A stretch of 64,000 nt of DNA from Octopus vulgaris (lineage: Eukaryota). Position numbers and translations under genes: made by a program. A model generated the notes under the pieces. That model worked only from the letters and a program-made list of their open reading frames with translations, ran no database searches and had not been told where the DNA came from. Location: positions 123,194,001-123,258,000 of the forward strand of contig OX597815.1 in the NCBI GenBank assembly GCA_951406725.2. The letters run 5' to 3'. Positions 25,527 through 37,832 of this stretch are shown piece by piece; the stretch's first letter is position 1, and every line of letters begins with the position of its first letter.

Positions 25527-26645
25527 ATGTCATTAGCAGTGCAGCTTGAAGAGTTGGCATGGCAGTTGAAGAAAGAAAGACTCTTTATCAATTCAGAAAG
25601 AGAACAGATGCAAAAAATATATGAAGATGTTAAAAAAGTTGCAGAAGCTTTGTATCATGTTTCCTGGATCATGAGACAACAACGTACTAACTTAGAGATG
25701 CTAGTTACCACTATACATGGAATAGTACAGTCAGGGTTTTGTGCAAAAGCCAAGCAGCTCGAATCTATCAATTTCATTGATAGCTACAAGCAGCTTGGTT
25801 ACCATGACATCAAATTTGCAGACCTTTTGAAATATTTACGAGATAACCCAAAATTAGTTGCTCAGCTGATCAGCTGTGGAGAGAAAAGGGGCATTGAAGG
25901 ATCACAGAAGGTTGTTGGTATTGTCTTGCCATCTCTCTATGGTAATTGTGTGATGCTGGAAGATGAATATTTGGCCTTGCAACTGTTGTATACTCTTGCT
26001 GAAAATCAGCTAACTTATGATGATAATCCACGCCGACTGATTCGTAAAGGGTCTTGTGCTTTTAGCAAACTTTTCAAGAACTTTTTTGATTCTTTATTTT
26101 CTTCCAAACTGTTCCTGACAGCAGCTTTACATGATCCTGTCATGAAGCTTCTGATGGAAGATGAATGGTTTTATGATATTGATCCCGATAAAGCACTTGT
26201 ACGTTTTACTCCCTCTGAAAGGATGCGACGCTTTGGGGAACAAGGGTCAACAGAATGGAAAGCTAATTTACAAAACTATCGTAATTTCATTGTCGATAAG
26301 CTAGTGACCTTATCGAATCGGTTCATTTCTGCAATCAAGAACAATATGTATTGTTTTCCAATAAGTCTCTCATGGCTAGTCTCACAGATTTATCAACTTT
26401 TATCAAAATCTGGCAAACATTCAGCTGCTGAAGTTCGAGCAGTTTGTGCAGATTTAGTCTTTGCTTTATTTATATGTCCTGCTATCTGGGATCCAGCACC
26501 TTACGGCATCATGTCTGATGTCCCAATAAGTCATATTGCCCGTCATAACCTCATGCAGATTGCACAGATCATCCAAGTGCTTGCCTTTTCACAAACAGAT
26601 GATATTCCTCCAAAATTCAGTGATCTTTATGACAAATTTGACAAG
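25527..26645 (+). CDS. GAPVD1: GAPVD1 (RME-6/Gapex-5) first coding exon, N-terminus and RasGAP-like domain (373 codons)
   Basis: Translation MSLAVQLEELAWQLKKERLFINSE...SLYGNCVMLEDE...DNPRRLIRKGSCAFSKLFK...KLFLTAALHDPVM...YCFPISLSWLVSQIY...EVRAVCADL...FICPAIWDP..YGIMSDVPISHIARHNLMQIAQIIQVLA...KFDK matches, from memory, the N-terminus of vertebrate GAPVD1. Acceptor: poly-T tract then cacag| with exon starting at 25446. In-frame TGA at 25449-25451 lies upstream of ccaaccATG at 25527. Donor AAG|gtaaga, phase 0. Confidence 0.96.
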
Positions 26646-26799
26646 GTAAGATTCTGTTTATATATTTTTTTTCCTTTGTTTATGTTATAATTCTATCAAC
26701 TTTAGTATATCTTCTTAAAATTGTTCTTCATAATTCATGTTTTATGTACATGAATGCCCAAATATGACTTTTGGTGTTGTGATAATCTTTCATGTTAAT

Positions 26800-29700
26800 C
26801 ACTTATTTATGTATACTTCACACTTTTTCCTCAAATATTTAAACTTAAAATTAGGGGTGCACAATACACATAAGAACAAAATGTTACCTAATTTTTCCTA
26901 ATCCCAAGTAAGTAGCCATATTTGGATAGTGTGGCCAGAAATAATTTAAACCAATTCATAACAGAGTTTAAATCATTATAATAATGTTACAGTTTTCTAT
27001 GATCATATACTAAATGTTCATGACATCTCATAAATATGCTCATGTCAGGTTGCATCAATTGAAGTTGTTTCCTATTGTGTTTACTAACACTTTTGAAGTT
27101 ACACCTAAGTAATATGTAAAGCCAAAATGAAACTGGCAAAATGGCTAAATATATTTAGTTTCTGTTTATTTGCTACTATGTACCTTATTTCATGTACATA
27201 CTTGGCCACAAGAGCCTATACTTTTAAAAATTTTATATGTATTGCTATAACCAAGAAAACACAAGGGTGTTTCATTCAGTTCATAACTGTGTGGTTAAGA
27301 AGTTTGCAGCTTGCTGTGCACATTCAAAGACATGTGAAACAAGAGATCCCTTATTTGATAAACAGGTAAGGCATCCTGCTGTAAAACAATAGCCTCATAA
27401 CAAAGCGTTAGTGTGAAGCCATGTTTAGGTATGAGCAGAATTTAGGCTAGTTGAAATATGTTGACTGGATTAGATATAAAGCTATGATTTTAAGTTTGTT
27501 TAGAGTTGCCTCTCTTAGGTTGCCTCTCTTTGACAAGAGTCTAAGAACTCAAAACCTTGATGTCTGCGATTCCTAATAGACGGCGACACTGAACAAACCA
27601 GGTGTTTTCACGTCTTTTTACCATAAGAGATTTTTTTCTCCATGGTAACTGCAGTGTATTTGCCTTTTAGCAGTTGAAATATGTGACAAACATATTTCAA
27701 ATAGCCTAAATTCTGTTTATAACCTGATAATATATTTGTCTAATCTATGCTAGCAGGAAAAAGTAGACATAAAATGAATGAGCAAATTAATGCTATGCAG
27801 TAGATATTGTTTAATATAATGTTAATTATCTCATAAAAAAAAGGCTTGAGTTGTTCAATTTGACCATGTCATCCATCATTGTTTCAGTATTTTGGGACAT
27901 CAGTAGAACAACACCTAATGTACATGCAGAGCTGGTTTGTTTTGCTGGCCAGCCAACCTATGTATAACCATGTTGGAGTATCCATAGGAGTGTATTACCA
28001 ATGAATTGTTACTTAGCTCTCCAACCAGTCTCATCTCTCTCTCTCTCCAATAACATCATTGATTGCAAGAAGATTGCCATGCATACTTTGGTACTATGTT
28101 TTTCCAGGAAATATTCAGAATCACCTGTAGCATATAGGTATAAGCACCATCAAACCTTGCTACTAATTGTTTGGTGATTATCAAAGCAGTGGACACGGAT
28201 TCCAGTGGCTCAGAAGAAGCTTATTTTATGGGCTGTTAATAACTTCCAGATGACAATAATTCCATCAAGAACAAATTTTACATCAATATTTTTGTGAACG
28301 TGATATAACTTTCTTAGGATACAAAGGAACCTATAAAATTAATATGATTTAATTGTACTAATTGAGCATCTCTTGATTGCAGCAGATGTATTCAGTCTTT
28401 GAGTCATAAAGGTAAATGTTTGCTAGTTTTTCAAGATCATAAAGAACAGTGGTAGTTTTTGAGATGATGTCTACTAATAGAATATTATCATCAGTATAAT
28501 TTGTTATTATTTTGGCTGGGTGATGATAAGTGAATTTTTACTTTTGTTAGAGATGAACAAAATTCATTTCTAACAAATGTTAAAATTCTTTTATATGCAT
28601 AAATGCAGTCATGGCTATGTGGTTAAGAAGCTTACTTTGCTTTGCAACCATGAGGTTTCAGGTTCAGTCCCACTGCACAGCACCTTTAGCAAATCTCTTC
28701 TGTTATAGCACCAAGCCAACCAATGCTTTGTGAGTAAATTTGGTAGATGGAAACTGAGTGGAAACTTATTGTGTGTGCATGTTTGTGCTCCTTACCTGCC
28801 CTGACTTGGCAGTCGGTATTGGTTTGTTTACTTCTGTGTCACTTAGCAGTTTTGCAAAACAAGACTGACAGAATAAGTAACAGGTTTAAAGAAGTAAATA
28901 CTGGGGGTGATTTGTTTCAATAAACCCTTCAAAATAGTGCCCCTGCATAGCTACTGTCCAATGACTGAAACAAATAAAGATTAAAGATACAATTTATATG
29001 AAAAATAGTTTCATTTGTTAAATAATACAAATTGCATATATCTTAATATATTGGCTGTCTGCTTATGCCTGGCATGCTTTGTTTTTCTTGTAGCAAGTTA
29101 TTGGAACAAGTATATGTTCATGTAGAAACATATATACATAAACTATGTATTTAGCAGTACATAAACAGAAACTAAATACTGTTTTGTTTTACATTTTACT
29201 TCTCAATTGTTTCAATGTGTAAGTAAAGTAGGAAACCACTCCAATCATTGTCCAACTAAATACAACAAATTTTGTTCATAATTGTTGATGTGAAGTAATC
29301 AGAAAATAAAATTGACATTGGCAACAATAAAACAGCGAGTTTGTGTTTTCATCTAGACAGGAATTCATACTATAAATAAGTACTATTTACAGACGCTATC
29401 AACATGATTTATGTCTTACAAAATTACATATGAATCATTGAATGTGTTTCTGTAAAATACTTTTACATTTTGTAAATTTTTAATGTTGTGTTTCAATTCT
29501 TTAAGATCCTTATTAAAATAAAATTATTTAAAATTGAAAAAGTTTTCCAGACCATAAATGTCTAATGTTCAAAATGTAAGATTTAAAAAAAATATGCATA
29601 ATAAAGAAAAAAAAATTCATGACCATGTGTACACTGTACTGAATAGTAAATTAAGTATACACTTAAGATATCATTACTATCACAATCAAATTAATTGTTG

Positions 29701-29962
29701 TGTATACTTCATTGTAGATGCACTTTTCCAGCATAATTCAGTGAAGTTTATCACTTTCAAATTTTCTTTTTGTATTGTTTAGCATGTGTGAACTTTCTCA
29801 TTGTATTTTTCAGACAACTATTATAATAAATCTGACTCGACATTATTTTCTATACATCATAGTACTGGAGAAATGTCTGTGTGAGGGATATTTTCACTAG
29901 ACTTCATTGCTGGTAATTTGTGGGGATTTATACTCAAGTGTAAATTATACATGAATAAATAC
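26800..29962. mobile_element. Possible old pogo/Tc2-like DNA transposon relic interrupted by later insertions
   Basis: Ends TATTTATGTATACTTCACACTTTTT..AATTAGGGGTGC and GTGTAAATTATACATGAATAAATAC look like decayed inverted termini. No clean transposase ORF. Confidence 0.25.
28604..28990 (+). mobile_element. SINE family A, CR1/L2-type tail
   Basis: Same head as the 11424 copy. Tail GTGCCCCTGCATAGCTACTGTCCAATGACTGAAAC(AAATAAAGA). Confidence 0.78.
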
Positions 29963-30718
29963 AATATATTTTATTGTTTTTTATAGTCTTTTGTGGCAGC
30001 AGATTTCTCTGTGAAGTGTCTTGAAATTTTAGGAACTCTTATTTATTAGGTGATACTTTAAAAATTAACTTTCTGTAAAATGTGATATATACACAGCTGT
30101 AAAATCTCAAGAGAAATATGCAGTGCCCACTCAGTTTCCTCGATTAGTTATCAACAGTCCCCACACCACCCCTTAAAAAAACAAACAAAAATCATTTTAA
30201 TTTTACTGAGCCTCTTTGTTTCAAACTCAGTAGGTTGTTATAGATTTTGACAAGAGAATAAATGTTCTTACACTAGTGTATGTTGAGGAAAGAAATAATT
30301 TGGTAAACTTAAATCTGTTTCTTGAATGTTTATTTTCCTTTTTCTTTTGATATTCATTATAATATTCATTTGTTTTTGTTAATAAAAAATTTTTTGATAG
30401 TAAAAAGTAATGCTTACTGCATAGTCTTCAAATTTGTTTGAATGTTGTATGTCGGTGGCAGTGGAGGAGGAGGAGGAGATATTTGCGAAGTGTTGTATTA
30501 CTCTTGAATACTGTCCTGATGTCATATGGGCCGCATATCTTTTGTATCTTTTCGGAGAGGAAGATACGAAAACTAAAAGAAGCAGCACATGTATTAGGAC
30601 ACAACAACCTCCTAAGCAGACCGAGTGCAGATATGAGTAGCATATGGAAACCACTATCAAGGAAGGATGGGGAAATATTAGATTTATAAGCCCTAAAATT
30701 CACAGCATAATTGCCTAT

Positions 30719-30791
30719 GGGCATGTGGTATAGTGGTTAAGAGTGTGGGCTACTAACCCCAAGATTCCAAGTTCGATTCCAGGCAGTGACC
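30719..30791 (+). pseudogene. tRNA-like sequence (A box and B box), not a functional tRNA
   Basis: TGGTATAGTGGTTAAG (A box), anticodon-like arm TGGG-CTACTAA-CCCC, AGTTCGATTCC (B box). The acceptor stem pairs poorly. Confidence 0.6.
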
Positions 30792-30863
30792 TGAATAATA
30801 ATGATAATAACAACATTAAAAAGTACCTTAGGAATGAGAACCCAGGTTCAGAATTTCCCCAAG

Positions 30864-30907
30864 ACACCTGAAGAAGACTGGCGGGTATATCAGCCGAAGC
30901 GTTTTGT
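30864..30907 (+). ncRNA. Degenerate minimal hammerhead-like motif
   Basis: ACAC-CTGAAGA-A-GACTG gcgggtatat CAGCC-GAAG-CG-TT-TTGT. One mismatch each in helix I, helix II and the GAAA box. Confidence 0.5.
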
Positions 30908-31462
30908 TAACAACAAACAAGATGAGGACAAATATCTGTCACATGTAAATAATGAAAATAATTGCCTGATAGTGTAATAAAATCATAAATAATATATAAA
31001 AGTAATTAACTAAATGATACGTTTTTTAATCTGATAATTTTTTTGTAATAGTATTTAATGATACACAGTTCTATTTAAAATCAAAAGCAAGCATGTTAAT
31101 TTAAGTTTTTTTTTTCAATTTTTTAACTATTAAAAAACTCTCATGATTTTGAAAACTTTGGTGGCGAAACATTTACTGCAGAAGACTTGTGAAATTGATA
31201 GAAATAAAAGTTAGCATGATTCATTTGATGTGTTATGTTAGCCTCTATAAAAAGTAAAGGAGAAGTGAAAGAGAGAGTTACTGTGATAGATGCAGGAGTG
31301 GCAGCTGTAATACTGTGGACATGTGATATAAATCTAAGTACTGTGTAAAAAAGTACCACTCACTGTTTGTATAGCATACCTCTTGAGGTGGAAGAGGTGA
31401 TGAGGTCAGGCTTTGGGACAATATGTCTTACAGATAAAATGGAAAAGAAAACCAAATGGTAA

Positions 31463-32128
31463 TATCATCATCATCATTTAACATCCGTTTTCCATGCTGG
31501 CATGAGTTGGATGGTTTGATTGAAAACTGGTAAGCTGGGGAACTGCACCAGGTTCCAGTGTGATGTGGTATGGTTTCTACAGCTGGATGCCCTTCATAAT
31601 TCCAACCGCTCCAAAAGTGTAGTGGGTGCTTTCTACGTGCCAGTGGTATGGGTGCCAGTTTCACTACACTGGCATCAGCCACGACTACAATCTCACTTGG
31701 TTTGACAGGTCTTCTCAAGCACAATATATTGCCAAAGGTCTCCATCACTTGTCACTGCCTCCATGCGGCCCAACATTCAAACGGTGCTTTTTATGTGCCA
31801 CCAGCACAGGTGCCAGTTATGTGACCCTGGCATCAGCCATAACTATGATTTCCCTTGGTTTGATGGGTTTTCTCAAGCACGGTATATCGCCAAAGGTCTT
31901 GGTCACTTGTTATTGCCCCCATGAGGCCCAACATTCGAAGATCATGCTTCACCACCTTGTCCCATGTCTTCTTGGGATGAATACACGGGACAAGGTAGTG
32001 AAGCATGATCTTTGAATGTTGGGCCTCATGGGGGCAATGACAAGTGACGGAAACCTTTGGCAATATACTCTGCTTGAAAAGACCCATCAAGCGAAATGAA
32101 ATGGTTGTCATGACTGATGCCAGTGTCA
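31463..32128 (-). mobile_element. RTE LINE 3' fragment with a fold-back duplication
   Basis: RTE 3'UTR and tail on the minus strand at 31463-31970, followed by an inverted copy at 31979-32128. Confidence 0.85.
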
Positions 32129-33100
32129 TTAATATGCATGTGTGTTTAAAATAGCTCAAAACTTCAGTTTAAGGCTCATTTGCAGAATTACACAAAAAAT
32201 TAGATTTGGATATTTAAAGAGAGAATTAATTTGTAAGACTTACTTAGCTTTGCTTGTAAATTTGACTTATACACACATTAAGACTATCAGATTCTCTAAT
32301 GCAATAGTGTATTGAACACATTTCTATTTTTCTAACAGTAAATCCACACGCACGCGTACACACACACACATGTATGTATTTATGTTTATCATCTTCATCA
32401 TCATAGTTACCATTTAAATATCTATCTCCCATCTTAGATTTGTCAATGGTCTGAGTCAGTCTTTACTCAGTTACTGCCATCTTATACCGATTTGAGGTTG
32501 GGCATCTTGGTCAAGTGTCTTCTACTATAGCCCTGGGTTGACTAAAGCTTGAGTAGTGAGTACTGGATGCTTTTTTTATGGTACCAGCTCCTGTACAGTC
32601 ACTAAATAACTTGAAAAACAAGATCTCTTGACAGAATGGTGTTACAATATTGAGGGAGGTGAATTTGTGCTAAGTGTTGAGAGACTAAAATATAATAGAA
32701 GGAAAGGAACAGGTGCCTTGCAGTGTAGGAGATGTATGGCTACTCCAACAAGAAAAGGAGAAAGGATGTTGGAAATGAGGTGTCAGTGCATAGCCCAAAG
32801 GTACAAGAAGATGGATAAAGGGTGAATAGGGACAGAGAATTGAGGATGACTAGGAAGGTAATGTTTGCAAAAAGGTGAAAGGAGAGTAAATGGATAAAAA
32901 TGGCAATAAAGGTGAATGGTAAACATGGACAGAGATGTGGTCAGTGGTGGATCTCAATTTGGGGAAAGCAGCAGAAAGTAAGAGTGGGCCAGGGGAGAGG
33001 AGGTGGTAATTCATAAAGGGTCGTGGTAAGGGAGAGCAATGATAAAATAAAACTGTAGTTAGATGAGAAATAGTGTGATGATGAGTAGTGTGGAGAAGTG

Positions 33101-33166
<66 letters not shown>

Positions 33167-34830
33167 TCTAGTTTGCTAACCCACTTCTTTAATAGCTTTT
33201 CACACTTTTCAATAGCAACTAATCCAACTAATCAAGTTTCAACTTCAAATGACATTTTATGGTTTTTGAACTTACAATTACAAATTACTTTCATTCTTTT
33301 TCTTTTTTCCTTTCTCTCCTCTCTTTTCAAAATCTTAAAAATTAGTTTACTATCAATTATGTGGATGCACAATATAAAATTACTGATACCTTCTTTTATC
33401 CACTGCGTTTGAGCAGGGTTTGGGATAAACATTTAGAGACATTTTATGCAACCCACTAATTACTCTGCCAATTTGCTACCCTGATGGTGATGATGATCTC
33501 TCTCTCTCTCTCTCTCTCTCTACTTGCTATGTCTGGAGGAAGTAGCTGTGCATATGGCCTTTGCAGGCCCTCTGAGATCAGTGACATTTATATTCTGCTT
33601 GAACTGTTGCAAGTCATTAACTGCAGTCAAGAGATTTGCAATGGTAGAATACCATCATTCTGGGCTCATAATGTTGGGTCTGCAAAATTGAACATAAAAT
33701 GCAGGATTGGAGAAAGAGGGATTAGTGAATCAAGAGAATCTGAATGGAAGTGACATGAGACAAGCCTGCTCTGAGGAACAGAAGCCATTGTAGTATCAGT
33801 AGAAAAAGAGAGTAGATGGCATCTCTATTGACCAGAGGTTGTCATGTATCTGTTGTACCTCTATGTCATTCAGCTGAATGGCTTTCTCTAGACACAGCCT
33901 AGGATATCTCAAGCTGCAGTAACAAGAGTACTTTTCTATAAGTGGAAGCATTACTATATTGTGAATCATGCTTAAGATTTGTTGGAGGCTAAAGTTTTTT
34001 CTACTCTGAAGAAAAGGGCTAGTTTGGTGTCTGGGCCATTTAAAGATGTGTATTGACTATAAAGGATCTCCAGTAATAGTGGTGACTAGCATTTAGAATG
34101 ATCATGTAAGCTCTAAATGCGTGTCACTCATCTTTTAGTGGGGTAAGGTGTAATCATTTTTAATTGATATGAACAATACTTTTCATTTTTGTGTTGTTGA
34201 AAGAGATATGATAGGTATTACACTGGATGCATTTGAGGTTCATTTATGGAATCATGCAGGTTTAACATGAGGTTGTTTGATTGCTTGGAGATGACACTGT
34301 TACTGTTAGTTTACAAATAAAGATTTTTAGTTTGAATCCATTCTGAGGTTATGTTTACATCCAATAGTCAGTTATCTGAATATAATGGAGGTTCAAAGCA
34401 TTTGAAATATAGTGTAGATATAAATATTATAAAAACTGTAAAGGGGAAGTTAAGTCTTAGTTATCTTATTGACTGTAAACCTATCTTGGACATTTAGTAT
34501 TTAGTTAGCTGTTATACGTGCTTTTTTTAAATGATCTTTTCTAAGAAATATTTGTATTGTTTTAAAGCTTACCTAAGGTGATATATTTTTTCCTGCATTT
34601 TTAATGAAAAATAAACACTAAGAACATTACTATACAATTTGAATATTAAAACAAAACAAATTTTTCCTTTATGTTGATTATTCTAAATTTATAGAAATTT
34701 GTTTACATAAAAAAAAGATTGATATTTTCTTGTTTTTTTTTTATTTTTCTACACATAAATTATTTGATATTTATTAAGCAGAATACTTTTAATGAATGAT
34801 TGTTGAAATTATCTTATTACAATTTTTTAG

Positions 34831-34962
34831 GGCTGTTTATCTGGACTTATTGATATTATGTTGGAAGGTGTAGGACCTGATGCTCCCTCTGTACCTAGCA
34901 ACCACCCACAGAATATAGAACGTTCATCAGCCTTAATTACATTGACTCAGCTGAACACCTTG
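34831..34962 (+). CDS. GAPVD1: GAPVD1 coding exon 2 (GCLSGLIDIMLEG...ITLTQLNTL)
   Basis: tttttag|GGC...TTG|gtaaga, 132 nt, phase 0-0. Continues the homology (human SCVAAFLDVVIGG...ITYSQLITL). Confidence 0.92.
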
Positions 34963-35668
34963 GTAAGAATTTTCTTTACTTCTTTATCTTTTCTCAACAC
35001 CTTAAAAATGTTTCAACTACAAATTAAGAACAAAACATTTTGAAAATGTTTGAATTGAAAGAGATTGAATAAAAAAGTAAACTTAATACTTAATTTAAGT
35101 TTGTTTAATATGTCTGTATGGTAAATTTAGTTAGGAAGTTATCTGGAAAACAGGTAAAGGTTGGTTAGCATTGGCAAGAGCATCCAGTCAAGAAAAATCT
35201 ACCTCAGCAAGTTATGTCTAACCTATACTGACATAGTAAAACAGATGTAAAACGATGATGATGTATATGAACTAATTCTTATATTTACAATATTACTGGT
35301 ATAGTAAATTGGAAGTAAATCAAATTTTAGAGAATGTCATTTCAACAATTAAATGACGTGAGCAATTACAAAGTGCGGCAATAGAGAAATTAGACTGGCT
35401 CATGAGGGAAAAATATATTCATGTTAATTGACATATCTTTAAATTTTTTAAAATTTTATAAGTAGGTAATAGAATAGTGTAACTTTCATGCCTTTTTCAA
35501 TTCTTTGACACTACCTTGAAAGGTTTAGTCTACTAATTTACTTATCTTTTAAAGTCTGGTACTTATTCTATTCATCACTTTTTGGCAACTTGCTAAGTTA
35601 TAGAGACATACACAAATCAACACCAGTTGTTGAGCTATGAGATACAATCATATATGAGATATATGTAT

Positions 35669-35712
<44 letters not shown>

Positions 35713-35802
35713 ATGTATGTGTGTATATATGTATGTGTGTGTATACACACACACACATATATATTTATATATGTATGTATATATATATGTGTATATCTGT
35801 AT

Positions 35803-36920
35803 GTCACCCTCCTCACCGGCACCCATCATCGACTCTATCATATCACCGACTCCTTCGCCTGCACTTCTACCAATGTCATCTCCTGCTCTCTCTGCCCTTC
35901 TCTATACATTGGGCAAACTGGACGCTACTTGGCTGACCGGTTTGCGAAACACCTCTGAGACATCCAACTCGGCAATGACACCCCGGTCTCTCGCCATTTA
36001 CGCTCTACTGGTCACTCTTTGCAACAACTGTCTGTGTTTGGATTGTCCTTGCACAGGGGCCATCCGGACTCCTGTTTGCACCATGATTAGGGATTAATCT
36101 TCTCTCTTTGCTCCTTTGCGCCACATGGTCTCATCTCTCCTCCCTCTTCATCTAACCTCCTCCCCTCTCCTCTCTCCCTCACATCTACTTCCTCCCACCC
36201 ACCTCTCCTCTCTTGCTCTGACTCCTACTTCTCTTTTACTCCTACCCACCTACTCCCTTCCCCTCTCCCTCCATCGGCACCCCTCCCTCGTAACCCCACC
36301 CTTATTCAATCCAACCCCACCTTCCCTATTTTTCCCATCCCATCCCTTACACCCACTCCCACATACCCCACCTCTACCCCCACCCCCAGTCTACCCACAC
36401 ACCTTACCTCTACCCTAACCCACACCCCTCTCCTGCTTTCCCAGTTCTCGCCTCCCCCACATCCCAACACCATCACACCACACCACAAACCACTACACCA
36501 CACACCACTACACCACACAACACCATCACACCACACCACCACGCACACACTAGCACTGACCACTTCCGAGCCCCACATCCACACACCTACACATACACAC
36601 ACGGACATGTCAAGGTCACCAGCCCTCTTCCTCACGTACATATACGCTCTGTAATACACACGCATGCACACTTTCTTTATGGGTTCACCACTATTTTATT
36701 ATCTCCCCTTATTCCTAGCTCTCCTGTGTGACCTCTCTGTCTGGCATTTGCCATGATAGATCACTAGCCACTACACATTCTTTATTTCTCTCTTTGTTTC
36801 TTTCTGTGTTCCTTTCTGTGGAAGAGCATAGGCTCAAAATGTTAAAGACTTCTTCACTTCCTGAGCATGAAACTAATACATCTGTTTGTTGTCTTTTGTT
36901 TTTTTGTGAATTCTCCCCCT
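35803..36920 (+). mobile_element. Penelope-like element (Neptune-type) 3' fragment: GIY-YIG endonuclease remnant plus pseudo-LTR
   Basis: DSFACTSTNVISCSLCPSLYIGQTGRYLADRFAKHL*DI..TPVSRHLRSTGHSL...LIFSLCSFAPHGL. Its 3' part (36790-36920) is homologous to 16660-16812. Flanked by TA/TG microsatellites. Confidence 0.82.
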
Positions 36921-36923
36921 ATG

Positions 36924-36978
<55 letters not shown>

Positions 36979-37067
36979 ATATATTCATGTATGTATGTAT
37001 ATATATATATATATGTATGTATATATATATATGTGTGTGTCTGTGTGTATATATTCATGTATGTATG

Positions 37068-37101
<34 letters not shown>

Positions 37102-37325
37102 TGTGTGTGTATATATTCATGTATGTATGTATATATATATATGTATGTATATATATATATGTATGTATATATATATATGTATGTATGTATATATATATAT
37201 ATGTATGTATGTATATATATATATGTATGTATATATATATATATGTATGTATATATATATATATATGTATGTATATATATGTATATATATATATATGTAT
37301 GTATGTATATATATATGTATGTATG

Positions 37326-37386
<61 letters not shown>

Positions 37387-37467
37387 ATATGTATGTATAT
37401 ATATATATGTATGTATGTATATATATATATATATGTATGTATGTATATATATATATATATATGTATG

Positions 37468-37509
<42 letters not shown>

Positions 37510-37522
37510 TATATGTATGTTT

Positions 37523-37569
<47 letters not shown>

Positions 37570-37570
37570 G

Positions 37571-37607
<37 letters not shown>

Positions 37608-37785
37608 GTATATATATATATATGTATATATATATGTATGTATATATATATATGTACATATATATGTACGTATATATGTAATATATATAATGTACATATA
37701 TATATGTATATATATATGTACGTATATATATGTAATATATATATGTACGTATATGTATGTATGTATATATGTATATATATGTGTC

Positions 37786-37830
<45 letters not shown>
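36921..37830. repeat. Compound (TA)n/(TATG)n microsatellite
   Basis: Direct inspection. Confidence 0.97.

Positions 37831-37832
<2 letters not shown>

Larger units (their letters stand above)
30480..30960 (+). mobile_element. Penelope-like element fragment with a 5' inversion, tRNA-like module and hammerhead-like motif
   Basis: Minus strand LSEKIQKICGPYDIRTVFKSNTTLRKYL (PLE RT-EN linker) is joined near 30555 to plus strand RKIRKLKEAAHVLGHNNLLSRPS..MSSIWKPL (PLE C-terminus), followed by the terminal repeat. Confidence 0.72.

Noticed and set aside
25479-26690. Single-exon 403-aa protein as given in the ORF track
   Set aside because: It starts at a TTG in the 5'UTR and reads through the donor at 26646. 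The real segment is 25527-26645, spliced to downstream exons.
30719-30791. Functional tRNA-Ser(ACT) gene
   Set aside because: The acceptor and anticodon stems pair poorly, there is no long variable arm, the anticodon is atypical for eukaryotes, and it is embedded in a retroelement.
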